Made by a program: the position numbers and the translations under genes
Shown: in pieces, positions 39,575 to 53,622 of the stretch
Numbering within the stretch: position 1 is the first letter of the stretch
How the letters are laid out: each line of letters begins with the position of its first letter
The notes under the pieces: model-generated
Databases searched by the model: none
What the model saw: only the letters and a program-made list of their open reading frames with translations
Told to the model about the DNA's origin: nothing
Origin: Lama glama
Taxonomy: Eukaryota
Assembly (NCBI GenBank): GCA_028534125.1
Contig: CM052817.1
Coordinates: 51,896,001 to 51,960,000 of the forward strand
Direction: 5' to 3'
DNA: 64,000 nt

Positions 39575-40125
39575 CTATTGTATAATCTCAAATTCTCACT
39601 TTTGGATATCTATCTAAAAGAATTGAAATCAAGATCTCAAAGAGATATTAGCACTCCCGTGCTCATTGCAGAACTTCTCACAATAGTCAAGATGTGGAAA
39701 CAAATGTCCACCAACAGATAAATGGTTAAAGAAAATGTGGTATATATACACAATGGAATATTACTCAACCATTAAAAAGAAGGCGATTCTGAAAAATGTG
39801 ACAGTGTGGATAAACTTTGAGGATATTACGTTAAGTGAAATAAGCCAGTCACAGAAAGACACATACTGCATGATTCTACTTATATGAGGTATCTAAAATA
39901 GTCAATCCATAGAATCAAAGAGCAGAATGGTAATTTCCAGGGGCTGGCAGGAGAGGGAAATGTCAAGTTTCTAATCAGCAGGCATAAAGTTTTAGTTAAG
40001 CAAGATGAATAGTCTCTAAAGATCAGCTGTATAACATCTTACCTATGGTCAATAATGTATTGTACATTTAAACTTTTTTTAAGATTGTAGATCACATATT
40101 AAGTGCTCTTACCACAATAAAATGA
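39575..40125 (+). mobile_element. L1 3' UTR fragment (L1MA/MB-like)
   Basis: gatctcaaagagatattagcactccc, aagtgaaataagccagtcacagaaagac; ends aagtgctcttaccacaataaaa. Confidence 0.9.
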
Positions 40126-40210
40126 AATTTAGATAAAGAACTAGGGAAACTTGCAGCATGACAAAAATTGTGGTACTCAAACAGTTATACAAAAAGGAGG
40201 TTTGGCCTTC

Positions 40211-40416
40211 CGGGATTTTAAAATTGTAGAATAGATAAACAAGATTATACTGTAAAGCACAGGGAAATATACACAAGATCTTATGGTAGCTCACAGAGAA
40301 AAAAAATTTAACAATGAATATATATATGTTCATGTATAACTGAAAAATTGTGCTCTACACTGGAATTTGACACAACATTGTAAACTGATTATAAATCAAT
40401 AAAAAATGTTAAAAAA
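40211..40416 (+). mobile_element. Young, severely truncated lineage-specific L1 3' end with poly-A and a 20-bp TSD
   Basis: TSD aaaaaggaggtttg(g/a)ccttc at 40191-40210 and 40417-40436. AATAAA and an A-tail are present. The 3' UTR resembles camelid L1 as I recall it. Confidence 0.9.
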
Positions 40417-41691
40417 AAAAAGGAGGTTTGACCTTCATAGAAGCTTAGAACAGTCTTTGACTTTAAGAGGTTGCTTCTGGAGACATTGGGTCCTTTTATG
40501 AGGGAGCCACCGACTGAGACAAGGAGTGTCCATTGAAAGCACTGTCTCCCAATTCCTGTCCCCCATGAAGAGAATGGACCATAATTTGAGTAAATTTCAG
40601 CTTGTAGGCAAATATCAGATTGTGAGTGGGATCATTTTAAAAATAAGAGGAGTTTAAAACTTTAAGAGAAGCAGAAGTGGAAGTGACCTAAAATATGCAT
40701 TGGCCTTTACAATTTATGATATATAGGAAGAAGATCTTGGTAATTTCAACCTTTTTTTCACCTCTAAAATGCTTATGTTAACCTTTTTTCTATCACATCT
40801 AATGGAATGTTTAAATCCTTGCACAATATTTTATTTGTCAGCAAGTATGTGAAAATGAAACAACACAGAAAGTGACCTTTAGCTTCCACAGGCTGGGTTA
40901 TACATGTTATAGTCACAAAATTGCAAACTACTCAACTAGTCTACAATAAGAGGGAATCAGTAATAAATCTGAACTTTATAATATTTAGATATTTTACAAG
41001 TGCATTTTTAACCTGAAGTTTGGATTTACTACATATCATAAGACATTGTTTTTGCTCCCTCTTGAGGATAATTTTTAAAAACTCTGTGTCACTGTAGTAT
41101 ATTTTGGATTATTGCTTCAAAAAGTAATGTCTTTGAAGCCTGTAACTCTGTCTTTTGTTTCCCACCCAATGGTTTGATTATACTGAATTGTTTGTTGAGA
41201 ACTTTCATGATTGACAGTCAGGAGGAAATTTATCCTTTGATCTTCAAAAGCTACCCAATATAGCTCATTCTATGAGAAATTGAATCTTTTCACGGTATTA
41301 TGGCTCCTTTGTTGCTACCTAACATTATGCAACATTTACTAATTTGATGTTAACAAAGATTACTAAAGTAATACTACAGATGTAACACCTTGACATATAC
41401 AAACTCACTGGGAAATTAAAACATGGCAAATGGATTATATATGTATAATATTAGCACTATATTACATTTAATTAAAATTATTTTGGTAATAGCACATTAA
41501 ATTACAGGCTTAGTGGTTATTATTCATCTGTTATTAAGAGATTTCTGAGTTTCTAACATAGTACAAATTGTGGACCAGGTATTCAATAAATACTATTTGG
41601 AAATATAGAACAGGAAATAGTGATTTTCAGTCCAAGACACCATGCCTGAATAACTTATCTATTTAACAAATACTTAAGAAACTTCTTTTAC

Positions 41692-42225
41692 CTTTTTATT
41701 TTGATATAATTTTAGACTTGCAGAAAAGTTGCAAAAATAGCACAGAGAGTTCCCGTATACCCTTAACCAGCTTTCAACAACTGTAATCATCTTACATAAT
41801 CATAGTACATAACTGAGAAATTAACATTGGTATATTATTATTAACTAAAGTATTGACTTTCTTCATATGTTACCACTTTTCCCACTAACATTCATAGTTT
41901 TTTCTGTTCCAGAATTCAGTCCATGATCCCACATCACATGTAGTTGTTATGTCTCCTTAGTTTTCTCCAATCTGATAGATCCTAGTCTTTCCTTATTTTT
42001 CATGACCTTGACATTTTGGAGGTCAGTTATTTTGCAGAATGCCTCTCAATTTGGGTTTTTCATGGTTAGATTAGGTAATGTATTTTTGCAAGAGTACCAA
42101 AAAAGTCATGTGCCCTTCTCAGTTTATCCTATCAAGGGGTGTGTGACATCTATATGCCATATTTTACTGGTCATGTTAATCCTGATCACTTGGTTAAGGC
42201 AGTATCTCAGGTTTCTCCATTGTAT
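41692..42225 (-). mobile_element. Old L1 3' end (L1MC/MD-like)
   Basis: ttttattttgatataattttagacttgcagaaaagttgcaaaaatagcacagagagttccc, typical of the antisense 3' terminus. Confidence 0.8.
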
Positions 42226-42679
42226 GAGGAGTGTTTATACCAGTCATGGATCTTGTTTTCAACTATCCAGTTGTTTCATAGAATAGGAAAAAACCCATAA
42301 ATATAATACAACATAAATTTGATAGAGATATGGTTATTGTTAAAGCACTTAACTGGAAAACCTAACAATCAAATAAATTAATCAACATTTCCTAGAGTGT
42401 GTGACGTGTAGTCTGAGATTTGAAGACAGAATAGGAATTAGCCCAGTGAAGGAGGGTTCCAGAGAGAAAAGGGAAAATATGTTCCAACCACTGTAAGTAT
42501 AAAGCCACAGATGTGCTGGAGAACTATAATCAGTTAAAGATGCCTAAAATATAAATTACTTATGGGTGAATCTAGGCAATTAGGTTGAAGCAGTTGTCAG
42601 AAGTCAAATCTAAAGTGTACTCTGTGCTCTCCTTAGAATTTGGACAACATCTTATACTTCTCATTTTCAGCAAAACAAA

Positions 42680-43147
42680 ATCTAAATGTTTAATCATTCT
42701 ATTCAATTCCTTGAACAGTACTATCTTAAGCTTCTTTTCCAGTCTCATCCTCTATTAAACATCACCATGCATGTTGTAGGTGCCAATACTCAGAGCAATC
42801 AAATCTACCACATCCTTAGAATTTGGTGCTATTACTTTGGCCTGTAATATTACTCTTTTCTGCCTGGTAAAATTCTACTTACTTATAAAGTCCAGAACAA
42901 ATACCATCTTCTCTGGGATAACACTCCTTCTTTGGAATATATTGTGTTTCTATCATACTGGTATTAGAACATTCATCATGGTATGCGTTTTGCATAAGTT
43001 TATTTTGACCTAATAGAATATAGGTAATTTGAGGGTAGGAATAACATCCACATATTTTTCTATTTCCATTTTCTATCTCAATGTTTGGCTTACGGTCAGA
43101 TTTCAATAAGTAACTGGTGAATGAATGAATGAATGAATGAATGAATA
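42680..43147 (+). mobile_element. L2 LINE 3' remnant ending in (GAAT)n
   Basis: L2-like degenerate sequence ending in caataagtaactggtgaatgaatgaatgaat. Confidence 0.55.
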
Positions 43148-44481
43148 ATAAACAAAGTACTAGGTTTAATGGAAAGCTCCAGCTGAGCCACTTGTTTTTA
43201 GTCATTATTGTAAGAGTTAATAAAATAATTCAGTTCAAGAGCATTATTCATGTTATTACTGCAGATAGAATCAGCAGAGAGAGAGAAATTAATGTGACTT
43301 CTAATTTCCTGTCATAAATATTCAGTGACATTTGGGGAGATTGCAAATGCTTGTTAACAAGTTTCCTTCATAGTTTATACATTAAAATCAAACTTTTTAA
43401 TTATAGTAAAATAAATATGCAGTAAGTTATTTCTGAAGTTGTTACATAGTTAAAGGCAAGGAAGTGGAAAACTGTTTTTATAAATTTCTCTAATTCTTCT
43501 GTACTTTAACATAATAATCATCATTAAAATTTAGGATTTAAACTCTTTTCAATTGATGAATGAGGTAATTTATCTCAAATCAAACTCAAGAAAGAACAAA
43601 TCTTACTTGAAGGATATAATATAAATCTGTACATTTAAGCAGTAGTTCATCAATGGTAAAATAATATTGATCTAATTAGAGGTTTCAATGAAGTGTTTAT
43701 TTTGGGCAGTTGCTGGAAATTTCCCCTCAAATTAAAGAAACAGATTAGCTCAATCTGTCTCTGAACTCTCCCAAATTTTTCACAGAACTGAATTTGAATT
43801 AATGTCAATGAGTTTCTTAAGCAGTCTTTGTCCCATGTGGCAGACATGAAGTCAGAGGCAGGAAAAAAACTGAATCAGTTGTTCAAAGTTACTATGAAGT
43901 CAGTGTTGCTTTTTTCATAAAATATAGATTCCTGTGCTTTACACAGAAGTGGCAAGATGAGAAATTAGCTATATGTTAACAAAATTATTACAACTATAAC
44001 CTTGTTTTTACTCAATTGATTTCAACAGCATGTCTTAAAAATCTTCCTTCGTGTTGATTATCCTTGCAGGGGAAGTTAGAGTAGTGATAATGATACTGAA
44101 ATACTCAGGGCCAAGAAAAAAAAAGTTGCAGTGGCATCGTTGCATACATTAGGATAACTAGTGTGTAAGGAAGGCAAATGAGTGGAAAAGCACATGGCAG
44201 ACAAGATAAACAGAAGAATCATTACACAGTCAGATAATGATAGGTCATCATTTCCAGTGGTACAAACAAGACAATCTCAGATTGGGCAGAATCAAAGAAA
44301 GAGGTTAAAGGAATAATAGTTATCACAGAGCAAAGATACTGAAAAATGACAGTAAAATAATGTCAAGTAAAACATGAAATCCTCGACAGAAACTATGTAA
44401 AAAAAAAAAAAAGCAGAAGTTACTGAGTTTTCGTCACCTCGTAGTTCTTCAACAGTCCTTATAAATGTTGCCTGTACTTAC

Positions 44482-44548
44482 CTTCTCGAACAAGTTAAAT
44501 TCCATCCACATGCCGCCGGTCCAACAGGAAAGCTTTGGTAACCGAGTC
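44482..44548 (-). CDS. Internal (probably penultimate) 67-nt coding exon of an unidentified large minus-strand gene; likely frame x-TRLPKLSCWTGGMWMEFNLFEK
   Basis: Minus strand reads ttttttcacttgttttcattttcattttttag|GACTCGG...TTCGAGAAG|gtaagt: a long polypyrimidine tract plus AG and a consensus AAG|GTAAGT donor. Local CpG enrichment in otherwise CpG-poor DNA. Two of three frames are open; the chosen frame is inferred from codon usage and from its fit to the downstream exon. Confidence 0.75.
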
Positions 44549-45799
44549 CTAAAAAATGAAAATGAAAACAAGTGAAAAAAGATCAGTTATGGTTTATCTT
44601 TATGGGAAAAAAATAAAACCTGAGTTGAAGACGCAATGCAGAACAAAACAGGAGCAGACTTGCCAAGGTTATGACTCCTCCTAGATTCTGTAGTTTGATA
44701 GGCATAAACAAAGTGCTTCATGATAGGTTTGACTGCTCTTCCGGAGACAGTGTTCAAGAAGCACAACTAAAGAAAGGAAAGATGAAATAATTCAAAGAGA
44801 ATTTAGTGGCAGAAGATAAAGGTTTTATGTGTCTTCTCACAGAAAATATAACTGCATGAGAATTTCCTGTGAGGCATACTTGAACGGCAATCAGCCAGGA
44901 GGGGAAAACATAATGATGGTGATGGATATAGACGATTCCAGGTATCAAACTGCAGGTAAAGGAGACTATAAAGTTTCCCTGTATGCTCGATTCCTTCTAG
45001 AATATGACAATTTCTATCAAAGGATTTATTTCAGACTACCTTTATAACCATTTCCATAGAGCTAAACTTTGATGAAAGAGGCCACATAGTCACTATTTCT
45101 TAGACAGATTATTCCAAACTGTCAAAGAACCATAGAACATTAAAAAAAATTATTTCAAACTATCTGTGTTTAAGACTGTATGCTAGAATTGTCAAGGTCC
45201 TACAGAAGAGTTTGCTCAAATAAGATGTACTAAAAATACACAATTTTGTTCAACCAAAAATAGAAATAAGAAAAAGAGTAGTTTTCTATTTTAATTTTAA
45301 AACTCTCCACCATAAGACTTGAAATTATGCTAAAGATGTCAACATAAACAGAATATTGCATTATTTCTTTTTCATAAAGTAGAAATAGGGTGTGTATATG
45401 GAAAAAAGAATTAGCATAAGATTTTCATGTTAACACAAGAATAATGAGATATTTTAAAGTACAATTACGTCAATTTGATATGACAGGTTTCTAAGAGCTA
45501 CTTTCCTGACATCACTGACTGTTTCCATATTTTGGTGGAAAAGCTATAATACGGATAGTTCCAAATATGCCTAATTCTCAATTAAAATGACTTTTTTTTT
45601 ACAAGTTATATATTTTCATCTATTGCCACATTTTCCTGTTAATATTTTCATTAGTTGGCTTCTATCCTGATCCTTTGTTTATATGTTTTTCTTTTTCCCT
45701 CTGTACTCAGATTCACAGCCATGGTACCTGTGAATGTATCTTTGTAGTAAACTGAGAAAATAGAAAATAAAAGCTGAATAGGAAGTATTGTTGACAATG

Positions 45800-46030
45800 A
45801 TAGTTAACATTTATTGAATGCTTCATATGTGCCAAGAGTTTGACAATTTTATCTCTTTCAAACTTCACTATAGTCAGTTGAGATACCAGTTTTCTATCCA
45901 TTTTACAGGTTAAAAAAGAGGCTTAGAAAGGCTAAGTGGCTTTGCCAAACAAATTCTACCAATAACTGATGAGGCTAGGAATCAACTGTGATCCATCAGA
46001 CTCCAGGGACTGAATTCTTAACCACAGCAC
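45800..46030. mobile_element. MIR SINE
   Basis: aacatttattgaatgcttcatatgtgcca...ccattttacaggttaaaaaagaggcttagaaaggctaagtggctttgcc core. Confidence 0.75.
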
Positions 46031-48391
46031 AGCAGAGAGGAAATGGATCTGAGGAGCCTTTGGTCATTTTCAAGGCATATATTTTGGAATGTGAAATTGG
46101 ATATACTCTGCATGTTGGGCTACCTACAAAAAGAAACTCCAATATAGTTCTCTGCATTTGCAAAATATTATCTAAATTGAAGATTATCTCCAAAATACTC
46201 CTTAGGAATGCCAAACAAATTCATCAAATATTTCTTAGGACTTGAGTAAGTTTAAAAAAACTGCTTCAACCTGCAGACTAAAGTTCTGCCTAATAGTCAG
46301 GAAAATTCTGAATCTTCAGTGGTCTCTATAAGAATGGCTAATTTAATTTCTGTCCTACCTCCCCTTTCTCAGAAGATATTCTAATATCCTTTGGAAGTGC
46401 CAATGAATACTAATGTATCTGGAAATAACTGTATTATTTTGAAGTATATTGAAACAGCTTCTTTGAGTTATTCTTTGGTAAACTTCCTCGAGCCAAACCT
46501 GCATTCTCGTATCAGTCTTTGCATTTAACCACACGCTTAAGTCTTATGTTGCCACCTCTAGAGATATTTGTATTGAGTCTATCTCTACTTGAAAAATAAA
46601 AGAATTCTGTTATATGTTAAGTTAATTTTAGGGATCTATTCACTGGTGTTGGAAGGCCTTTCTTGTAATTTAGAAATCATGCATATAAAACCATGGAATT
46701 CCCTGGATTCCCTAAATTTCGCCAAGAAGTGACTTAAGTGTGATGAATAATTTTGCATGTGTGTGTGTGTGGGGGGAGGGGGACAGTGGGAACAAGGGAA
46801 GAGAAATAAATAAGGAGAGAGACAGATTACTTATATGATCTTTATCCTCATTTCTATTTTAAATGGGAAACTTCCCAGGTCTAGACCTCTAAGGAGACAC
46901 TAAATCACAAATTTCCTGGGTCCCCAAAATACCCCATAACATATATGTGGAAGGGCTGCCACAAATTCATCTCACACATTGTTAAAAGACCAAACACAAC
47001 ATAGCTAAAAACTTGATTGATATTTACAAAGAAAAAGTTACTTCAAATAATTTAAGAAATTCTCAGTTATATTAAAATCATCTATAAAAATAGATTTAAA
47101 ATATCTAGTTTTAGAAATTGTGATGATGTCAGTGTTACTCAGAGTTCCATCTTGTATCCGTTTTTATTTTTTCCCTACATACTCTACCTTTGAATGGCCT
47201 CCACATGGAGTTCCAACTATCAGTATTCTCCAAAGTGTCTGATCTATGGAGTTAGCACCAAAACCAGCATCAAAAAAATTCAGACCTATGTATCCTTATA
47301 TATACTAAAGATCTCCACTTAAATAATCTGTTGTTATCTCAATATCATATGTAAAATAGGAACTTTTCATCTTCCCTTAGATTTTTCCAAATTTTTATAT
47401 ATTCAGTATCAGTCCTACACCCTAGGTATTTCCTGGAAGTAGACCAAGAAATTTTTCATAAATGTCTACAAATTATTCTATCTCTTGTAGCTGCCATGAA
47501 CATGTGTGATCATTTTTCTTGGGAGATGTCTATAATGCTATTTGGAGACTCATAGTTGCCCCTGCCCACTGTGAAACCGACACAGTACAGTTATTATGAT
47601 GCTTTCTCCACTGCTACCAAATGCTTCAGTCCTCCTGACGTAGGTGGTACTGGTGAGGTGTGGTGACATGGGGCTTCTTCTCTCAACCCTGTGCCTCACT
47701 GCGATACTAGAGTCCATGAAATATCTCTTATTTATGTTCAAGGCTTATAAATTCTCCTGGGTTTTTTGCCTATACTTTTCTTCAAGAGGTCAAAACTATT
47801 GCAAGTGATAATGTTCTGGGTAAAACTAATTTTATTCTCCTCTAAATTCTGAATCCTTATTACTTACTCCTTCAGTAAAGCTCTTTCCAGTTTCCGACTC
47901 ACTAAATTAATCCCTGTGTACATAAATGGAAACAAACACCCAGTGGAGGTTGCAGAGGGGGAAAAGAAGAAATTAGGGAGTGATCTTTTTCTTTATGCTT
48001 ATCGTATTACCAATCTTCATAAATGTCACCACCACCATCCCAGTTATTAACAGGATAAATTGGTAATCATCCCGGATTCCTCTCTTCAAAATGTTGGCAT
48101 TTCAGTCACTCATTTAATCTGCTAAATCAACCTATTAAATGGTTTCCAAGTCCATCCTATCTTTCTCAGGACTTAATTTATTACTTAGATTACTCTCGTT
48201 AGCTTTTAAGCAATTCCATATGTTCAGTCCTTTTGTGTCCACCTGGAATCTATCATGCCACACTCTGATGAAATGATCTCTACTAATATACAAGTTGGAT
48301 TATGTTTTTACCCTTTACCAGATTTCCCTCAATTGCTTCCTATTGTTTTCAGGAATATCAAATCCTCCTATTTTATTAAGGTACTGTTTAA

Positions 48392-48800
48392 CTGTTACGT
48401 AAGTCAGGGTTTGGTAAAGTAAAGGTGACAAGGTAACATAATTACAAGCACCAGTGAACACTGAACAGCATGCCTTGAAGTTTCTTAAGAGAAAGGTCTT
48501 TAAAAATACGGAGCATAATGCGAGAGGGTCACAGGCTTTCTTGGTGTAGTCAGCATACTCTCCTGGCTGTCACTAGAGGTCACTTTGTTAATTTCCAGAA
48601 GTTTGTGACTTGCAAGACATGCATTATTTCTACAATCATTGCCACCACTCCAGCTTATAAAACATCAACATCAGCTTACCACTGTATGAGAACTAATTAC
48701 AACAGAAACTCAGCTACGACCTCTGCATCTTTCCTGCAGCATCAGCATTAGTCTGAAAGATGTTTTTCCTTAGTGTGGTGCAGGTTTGCTTTGTTAGTTA
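48392..48800 (-). mobile_element. Possible very old LTR (Gypsy/ERVL-like)
   Basis: The minus strand ends ...accaaaccctgacttacgtaaca, an LTR-like 3' terminus. The other boundary is unclear. Confidence 0.3.
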
Positions 48801-49005
48801 CCAACATTTTATCTCATCGACTCTACAACTGGAGTATTCTTGATGTTCACTTGTACACCTTTCACACAGATGATTTTGTCAGGATCCTCATGGCATTCCC
48901 TTTCTTTTTGAAGCCTGTACCTCTCACTGGCTCATGGGTATTTCTTCCATGGTCTGAAATGTTTTCATTGACCTCATTGTTTATATAAACTCACTATCAG
49001 ATTTA

Positions 49006-49008
<3 letters not shown>

Positions 49009-49051
<43 letters not shown>
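49009..49051. repeat. Perfect (AT)n microsatellite, about 21 units
   Basis: Directly visible. Confidence 0.95.
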
Positions 49052-49054
<3 letters not shown>

Positions 49055-49399
49055 TTACATCTTTAACTTAAAAATAAGGATAACAATATCTTTCATTTTC
49101 TAGGTGAACAATTCAGTAAGTGCCTAAGTAGATTAAGTAGTAGCACTTAACACTCCTGGCAAGGTAGAAATGCTTGTATAAGAGACATCAGACCAGAATT
49201 AAGTATCATAATAGTTCGACCCACATAGACCTTTGACAGAAGCTCATTGATCAGTCTTTGTCAGTAAAATAGACTGACAGCCCTTACTTTCAAACTTGAG
49301 TCATGTAGGAAAAAACACCCAAACCTCACTAGGTCTAATGAGAAGAGTTTTGATGTAAACTTCCATTGTTGATTCATAGTTCCTTTCCAAGTTCTGAGA

Positions 49400-50392
49400 C
49401 GTCAGTCAGTTCACAGGTGTGAACCTTGAATGAGGAAGAGTCTGGGTACACATGAGGACTGTCAGTCAACTCACAAGCATACAGCTTCTTCCTAAACTTC
49501 CCCAAAGAAGGGGCTATTCTCCATAGTCATTTTACAGAGAATATTTGTACCAGCGAAAGGGAAATATTCACACAGGACCTTTTAAGTGTTCATGGATACT
49601 GGCGTTAGGCTGACAATCCTCTCTAAGCATCTCTAATGTCAATATGGCCCACCTACTAGTTTGGCTGGGGGATTAGAGAGGTCAAGGGATAACAGGAATT
49701 TGGTCCTGAGTCTGTCTCAGAGTTTGTAATGAGGATGGTGGTTCTGTGAACATATATCCTACACTCCTGATTGTATAGCTGGTATATTTATATTTAGCAC
49801 AGACAGAATTCTCACATTGTTATTCTTATTTGTGAAATGAAGGTTTATTATAGTAGGAGAAGCCAAGAAGAAGCCCCTAAAGTTTCTTCTCCCTACAGAA
49901 AGAATAAACTGAAAGCAAAATCTCCAGGGCCACTAGAGAGATTAGTGTTACTGTCACAGATCTGAAAGATGCAGGGGTGTTGATCTCTATTACATCCTCG
50001 TGTAAATTACCTGTTTGTTACACATGGACTGATGGGACTTAAAGAATGAAATTTAGATTATAGGACATGTGATCAGATTATGACACCAATGGTAGCTGCT
50101 CTTTTAGAGACATGATCTTTTCACTGGTGGTCACATCTAATATATGACTACAGATAATGATGAATGCATTATCTTCTGTGTACTGTTCTCTGTGTGTGAC
50201 AGAATGTGCTTGTTTGCAACTGACTGGGAAGCAGCATACTTTCACCATTTTTGAGAAGTGTATCTATCTCACTTGATGCCATAATTTAGTCTGGAGAAAG
50301 TGATGATCTCACCATCCCAGGGCACTTTACACAAGTACAGTAAATTGATGACATCATAGCATTTGGACCTGGAGAGCAGGAAGCAGCATACT
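49400..50392 (+). mobile_element. Second ERVL pro-pol fragment
   Basis: atggatactggc (DTG protease); gagattagtgttactgtcacagatctgaaagatgcaggggtg (EISVTVTDLKDAGV); attgatgacatcata (IDDII, RT). Confidence 0.75.
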
Positions 50393-50399
50393 CATTTGT

Positions 50400-50912
50400 A
50401 TCCTGTACATGTTACTAGTTGGGGAAGAGAGGCAATGTTCTTCATAGCAAGCTTCATCATGGAGAAAGTGGTTTGCTTTGTTGTGATGTGTTTTTTGTTA
50501 TTCTATGGATGGTGAGAATCCAATCTTGATAGATTATATGGGTGATGAGAGGCAGAGCACAGGCACCCCTTTTGCTAACCTAGATTATGGCAGAAGCAGT
50601 GTGTACCAGGAGCCAATAGTTTCAGGACCTGCTTCCTGATTCCACTTCCTGGATTATGGAAGGGATGGTGGTGTGGTCTATACCCAGAAGTTCAAGCAGA
50701 AATTCCCTGTGTCCTCAAGTTCCTCATCATGACAGAAATTTCAATTTGTGAATCAGTTCTGTGGACTGTTCTAGGGATCATTTCTGGAAGGCAAATGTGG
50801 ATCCCGCTTTTCTGTATCTTGTTCAGCAAGAATCCAATTTCCAATATTAAATCTCTTTCACATTATCTAGCAAACTTGGCCCCTGTCATCTGCATTAAAC
50901 CTTAACTGACAC
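50400..50912 (+). mobile_element. Old ERVL-class LTR
   Basis: Ends attaaatctctttc...tgtcatctgcattaaaccttaactgacaca, a typical ERVL LTR 3' end. Confidence 0.55.
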
Positions 50913-53622
50913 AAGATCTGGACATTTAAGCCATACACATGGTAGGAGTAAGAGTAGGTTTTGAATTGTATTTTGATGGTATTTTACCCAAATTCTTCTT
51001 TTTCAATCACCTTTACCTCTCTTTGGTATCCTCCTCCCACGTAAGGAGTTCTTAAGGGAGATATACATGATTAACTGGGGTAATTAACTCATCACTAAGC
51101 TAGAGCCTGATAAACCCAAATGCAAAAAATGGGTAAAGATTTACCAGAGCACTTGGTTTAGGTGAGTGAGAGAAGAATGTCCCTCTGCTTATCTCCAAAT
51201 CCAAGTCTTTTTAATCATGCTTTGTGTAGCTCCATGCTATAAAATTTATCTATCAATGGTTATCACATGTACACATACATATAAAGAGCTGGGGAAATTA
51301 ACATTGTCAAATATTTGAGTTTGTTTATTCCTCTGAAGACTACTAGTAATGTGGAATTAGAAGAAAGAAAACCACATATACGCAGATGAACGATTTAAAG
51401 AATGCCCACACTGCCCATGAATAATCGTGATCGAATCAATGACTTCTGAACACGAACAATTCTATCAGTCATTTCTCTTCCCTGGATAATGGTTTAGAAA
51501 GATAATGAGAAAGGAGCTAGAACTTCTTTCCACTATAATATTAAACAGTTATATAACACAGTATAAAATCTTTAATAAAATACACATATTTTAAAGAGCT
51601 ACAGCAATTAGGGAGGGTAGTATCAGTGGCAGAAGTTTTTGGATAGCAATATGAGGTTACTTTAATTCTTGCTTTAATTTAGTGTTTGTACAATACCCAA
51701 ATTAAGTTTTAACCAGGGAGAATTTTTAGCCAGTGTTTATCTCTTTTTTGGTTTTTGTGTCTGACTTTCCTCTTAAACACTCTGAGATTTAGAGGTTTTC
51801 TCCATTTTATAGACAAAGATATTGAGCTAGGGTAAGATTCGGTAACTTACCTAGGCATCAGAGTTGTTCTTTGGCTTAGGAAAAAAAGGAGATAAATGTA
51901 ATCAGTACTTAATATACTGATTGGTTCCATAATATTGAAAATTAAATGAGTAAAATATGTACACTCCCAGGAGTTATGGTCTTGGACTGCTGAAAGGTTG
52001 GGATGTCAGAAGGATTTAGTAAGACAGGAGACTGTTAATGGATATTGTTATTTAGATGAGAATCCAAAGCTCTATTTAATCATTTTAAGGTTTTATAAAT
52101 CATTGCAACATGTAATTTTCTTAATTCATTTATGTGAACTTCTATATGCAGCTTCTTTATATAATTTATGTGCATTTATATTTATTTCATTCATACAAAC
52201 CACCAGAGTCTTAGAAAAACAGGAGGAAAAAAAAAATCACATTTTCTTTGCACAGTGTTGGGAAGGACTGATTTGAGAGTGAAATTAATTTGAAGCACGT
52301 TATGCTTTTCTGATCCAGTGGTGAATTCGAGAATGATAGTGTTCGAAATTTCTGCTTCTCCCTTTTACCTATCTTTGTTACCAGATCTGGTCTCAGATGG
52401 AAAGAGAAGAGAAATAATGGATTTTTTGAGAACTGAAGAGTATTGGGTTGGCAAATGTGTTTATGTGTTTATGATGAAGAAGGAAACACTTAAAGGGAAC
52501 ACGGAACTCAGATCAGGACAAGAAGAAAAGCATGAGAAATGCATGTTTGGCTTTGTCCTTGTATATTTGCAAAACATAATATATAAGTTCAGATAGCAAA
52601 GGCTGTAAGATTTCTCTAACATCTTTAATTGGTCACATCTATTTCACTGATGAAGCTAGGGAAATTAGGAATGCACTATTTTTGTGACCTCAGAAATTAT
52701 GTTTTTCCTTTCATGTCTTCATTTCCTATACTAGATAGGCTTATGCAAGCTTATCAGCCAAATATTATATTGTACATTTAAAAGCAGAGCCTCTTTCTTA
52801 GCAATAAATCAAATAATGCCCATGCCCTTGATGGTCCAGAGTGTGAGAATGTCACAGCTTCCTATTTATAAGAGGTCATTTGAAATCTTTTTCAGATGGC
52901 TAATTACAAGTATGGTGAACTTGTAGCCATAGTTTTTCTTCAGATGCATAACAAGTAGTTGATGTGTCACTTCTGTTTTCTTTGAGGTCATGGATCACTG
53001 GGAAATTAATTGAGTAGGAAAATTACCATTTATTCAACAAACTTACTTGGGAAAAGTTATTTCAAGTTTCATTGTCTGATGTAAGAGCTGTTCGATTAAG
53101 ACACCGTTTCTTTTTGCAATAAGTATGAAAAAACTACTCCTTATGAAGTGGGTCAGACAGTGATCAAAGTTTTTGGACAGGTCGTAATTTTACCTGAATA
53201 ATATCAGTAATAAAAACTGCTATTACATATTCAATATATAATAATTGGCATTTTAAAACCACAAAATGATGAATGCTTCCCATGTCCAGTGTCTTGCAGT
53301 GCAATCCTGTGAAGCGAAGTAGGATGATACTTAAATATAAAGTACTAGTATTTCAGCTACCCACTAACTCTTTGTACAGGAACAATTTAATAGAGGATAT
53401 TCATCAATAATATGAAGCCAAACAATTTGATAGACTGATTGTTTTAATTAATTAACTTTACCCTTTTCAGCCAGGCTGATTTAATTATGTAGTCATAACC
53501 ATAAGTCATTATGGAAACCAGAGATATTTACAGTGTTTTTGGTGAGGTGAGAGATAGGATATATAATAATTAAATGATTTTCAAAAAATATAATTTTTTA
53601 TATAGAAAAGATATTTCAGGAT

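Noticed and set aside
51845..51890. Minus-strand AG|GTAAGT donor with a nearby pyrimidine tract
   Set aside because: It derives from a MIR core (gtaacttacctagg), and the implied exon is tiny with a poor acceptor.
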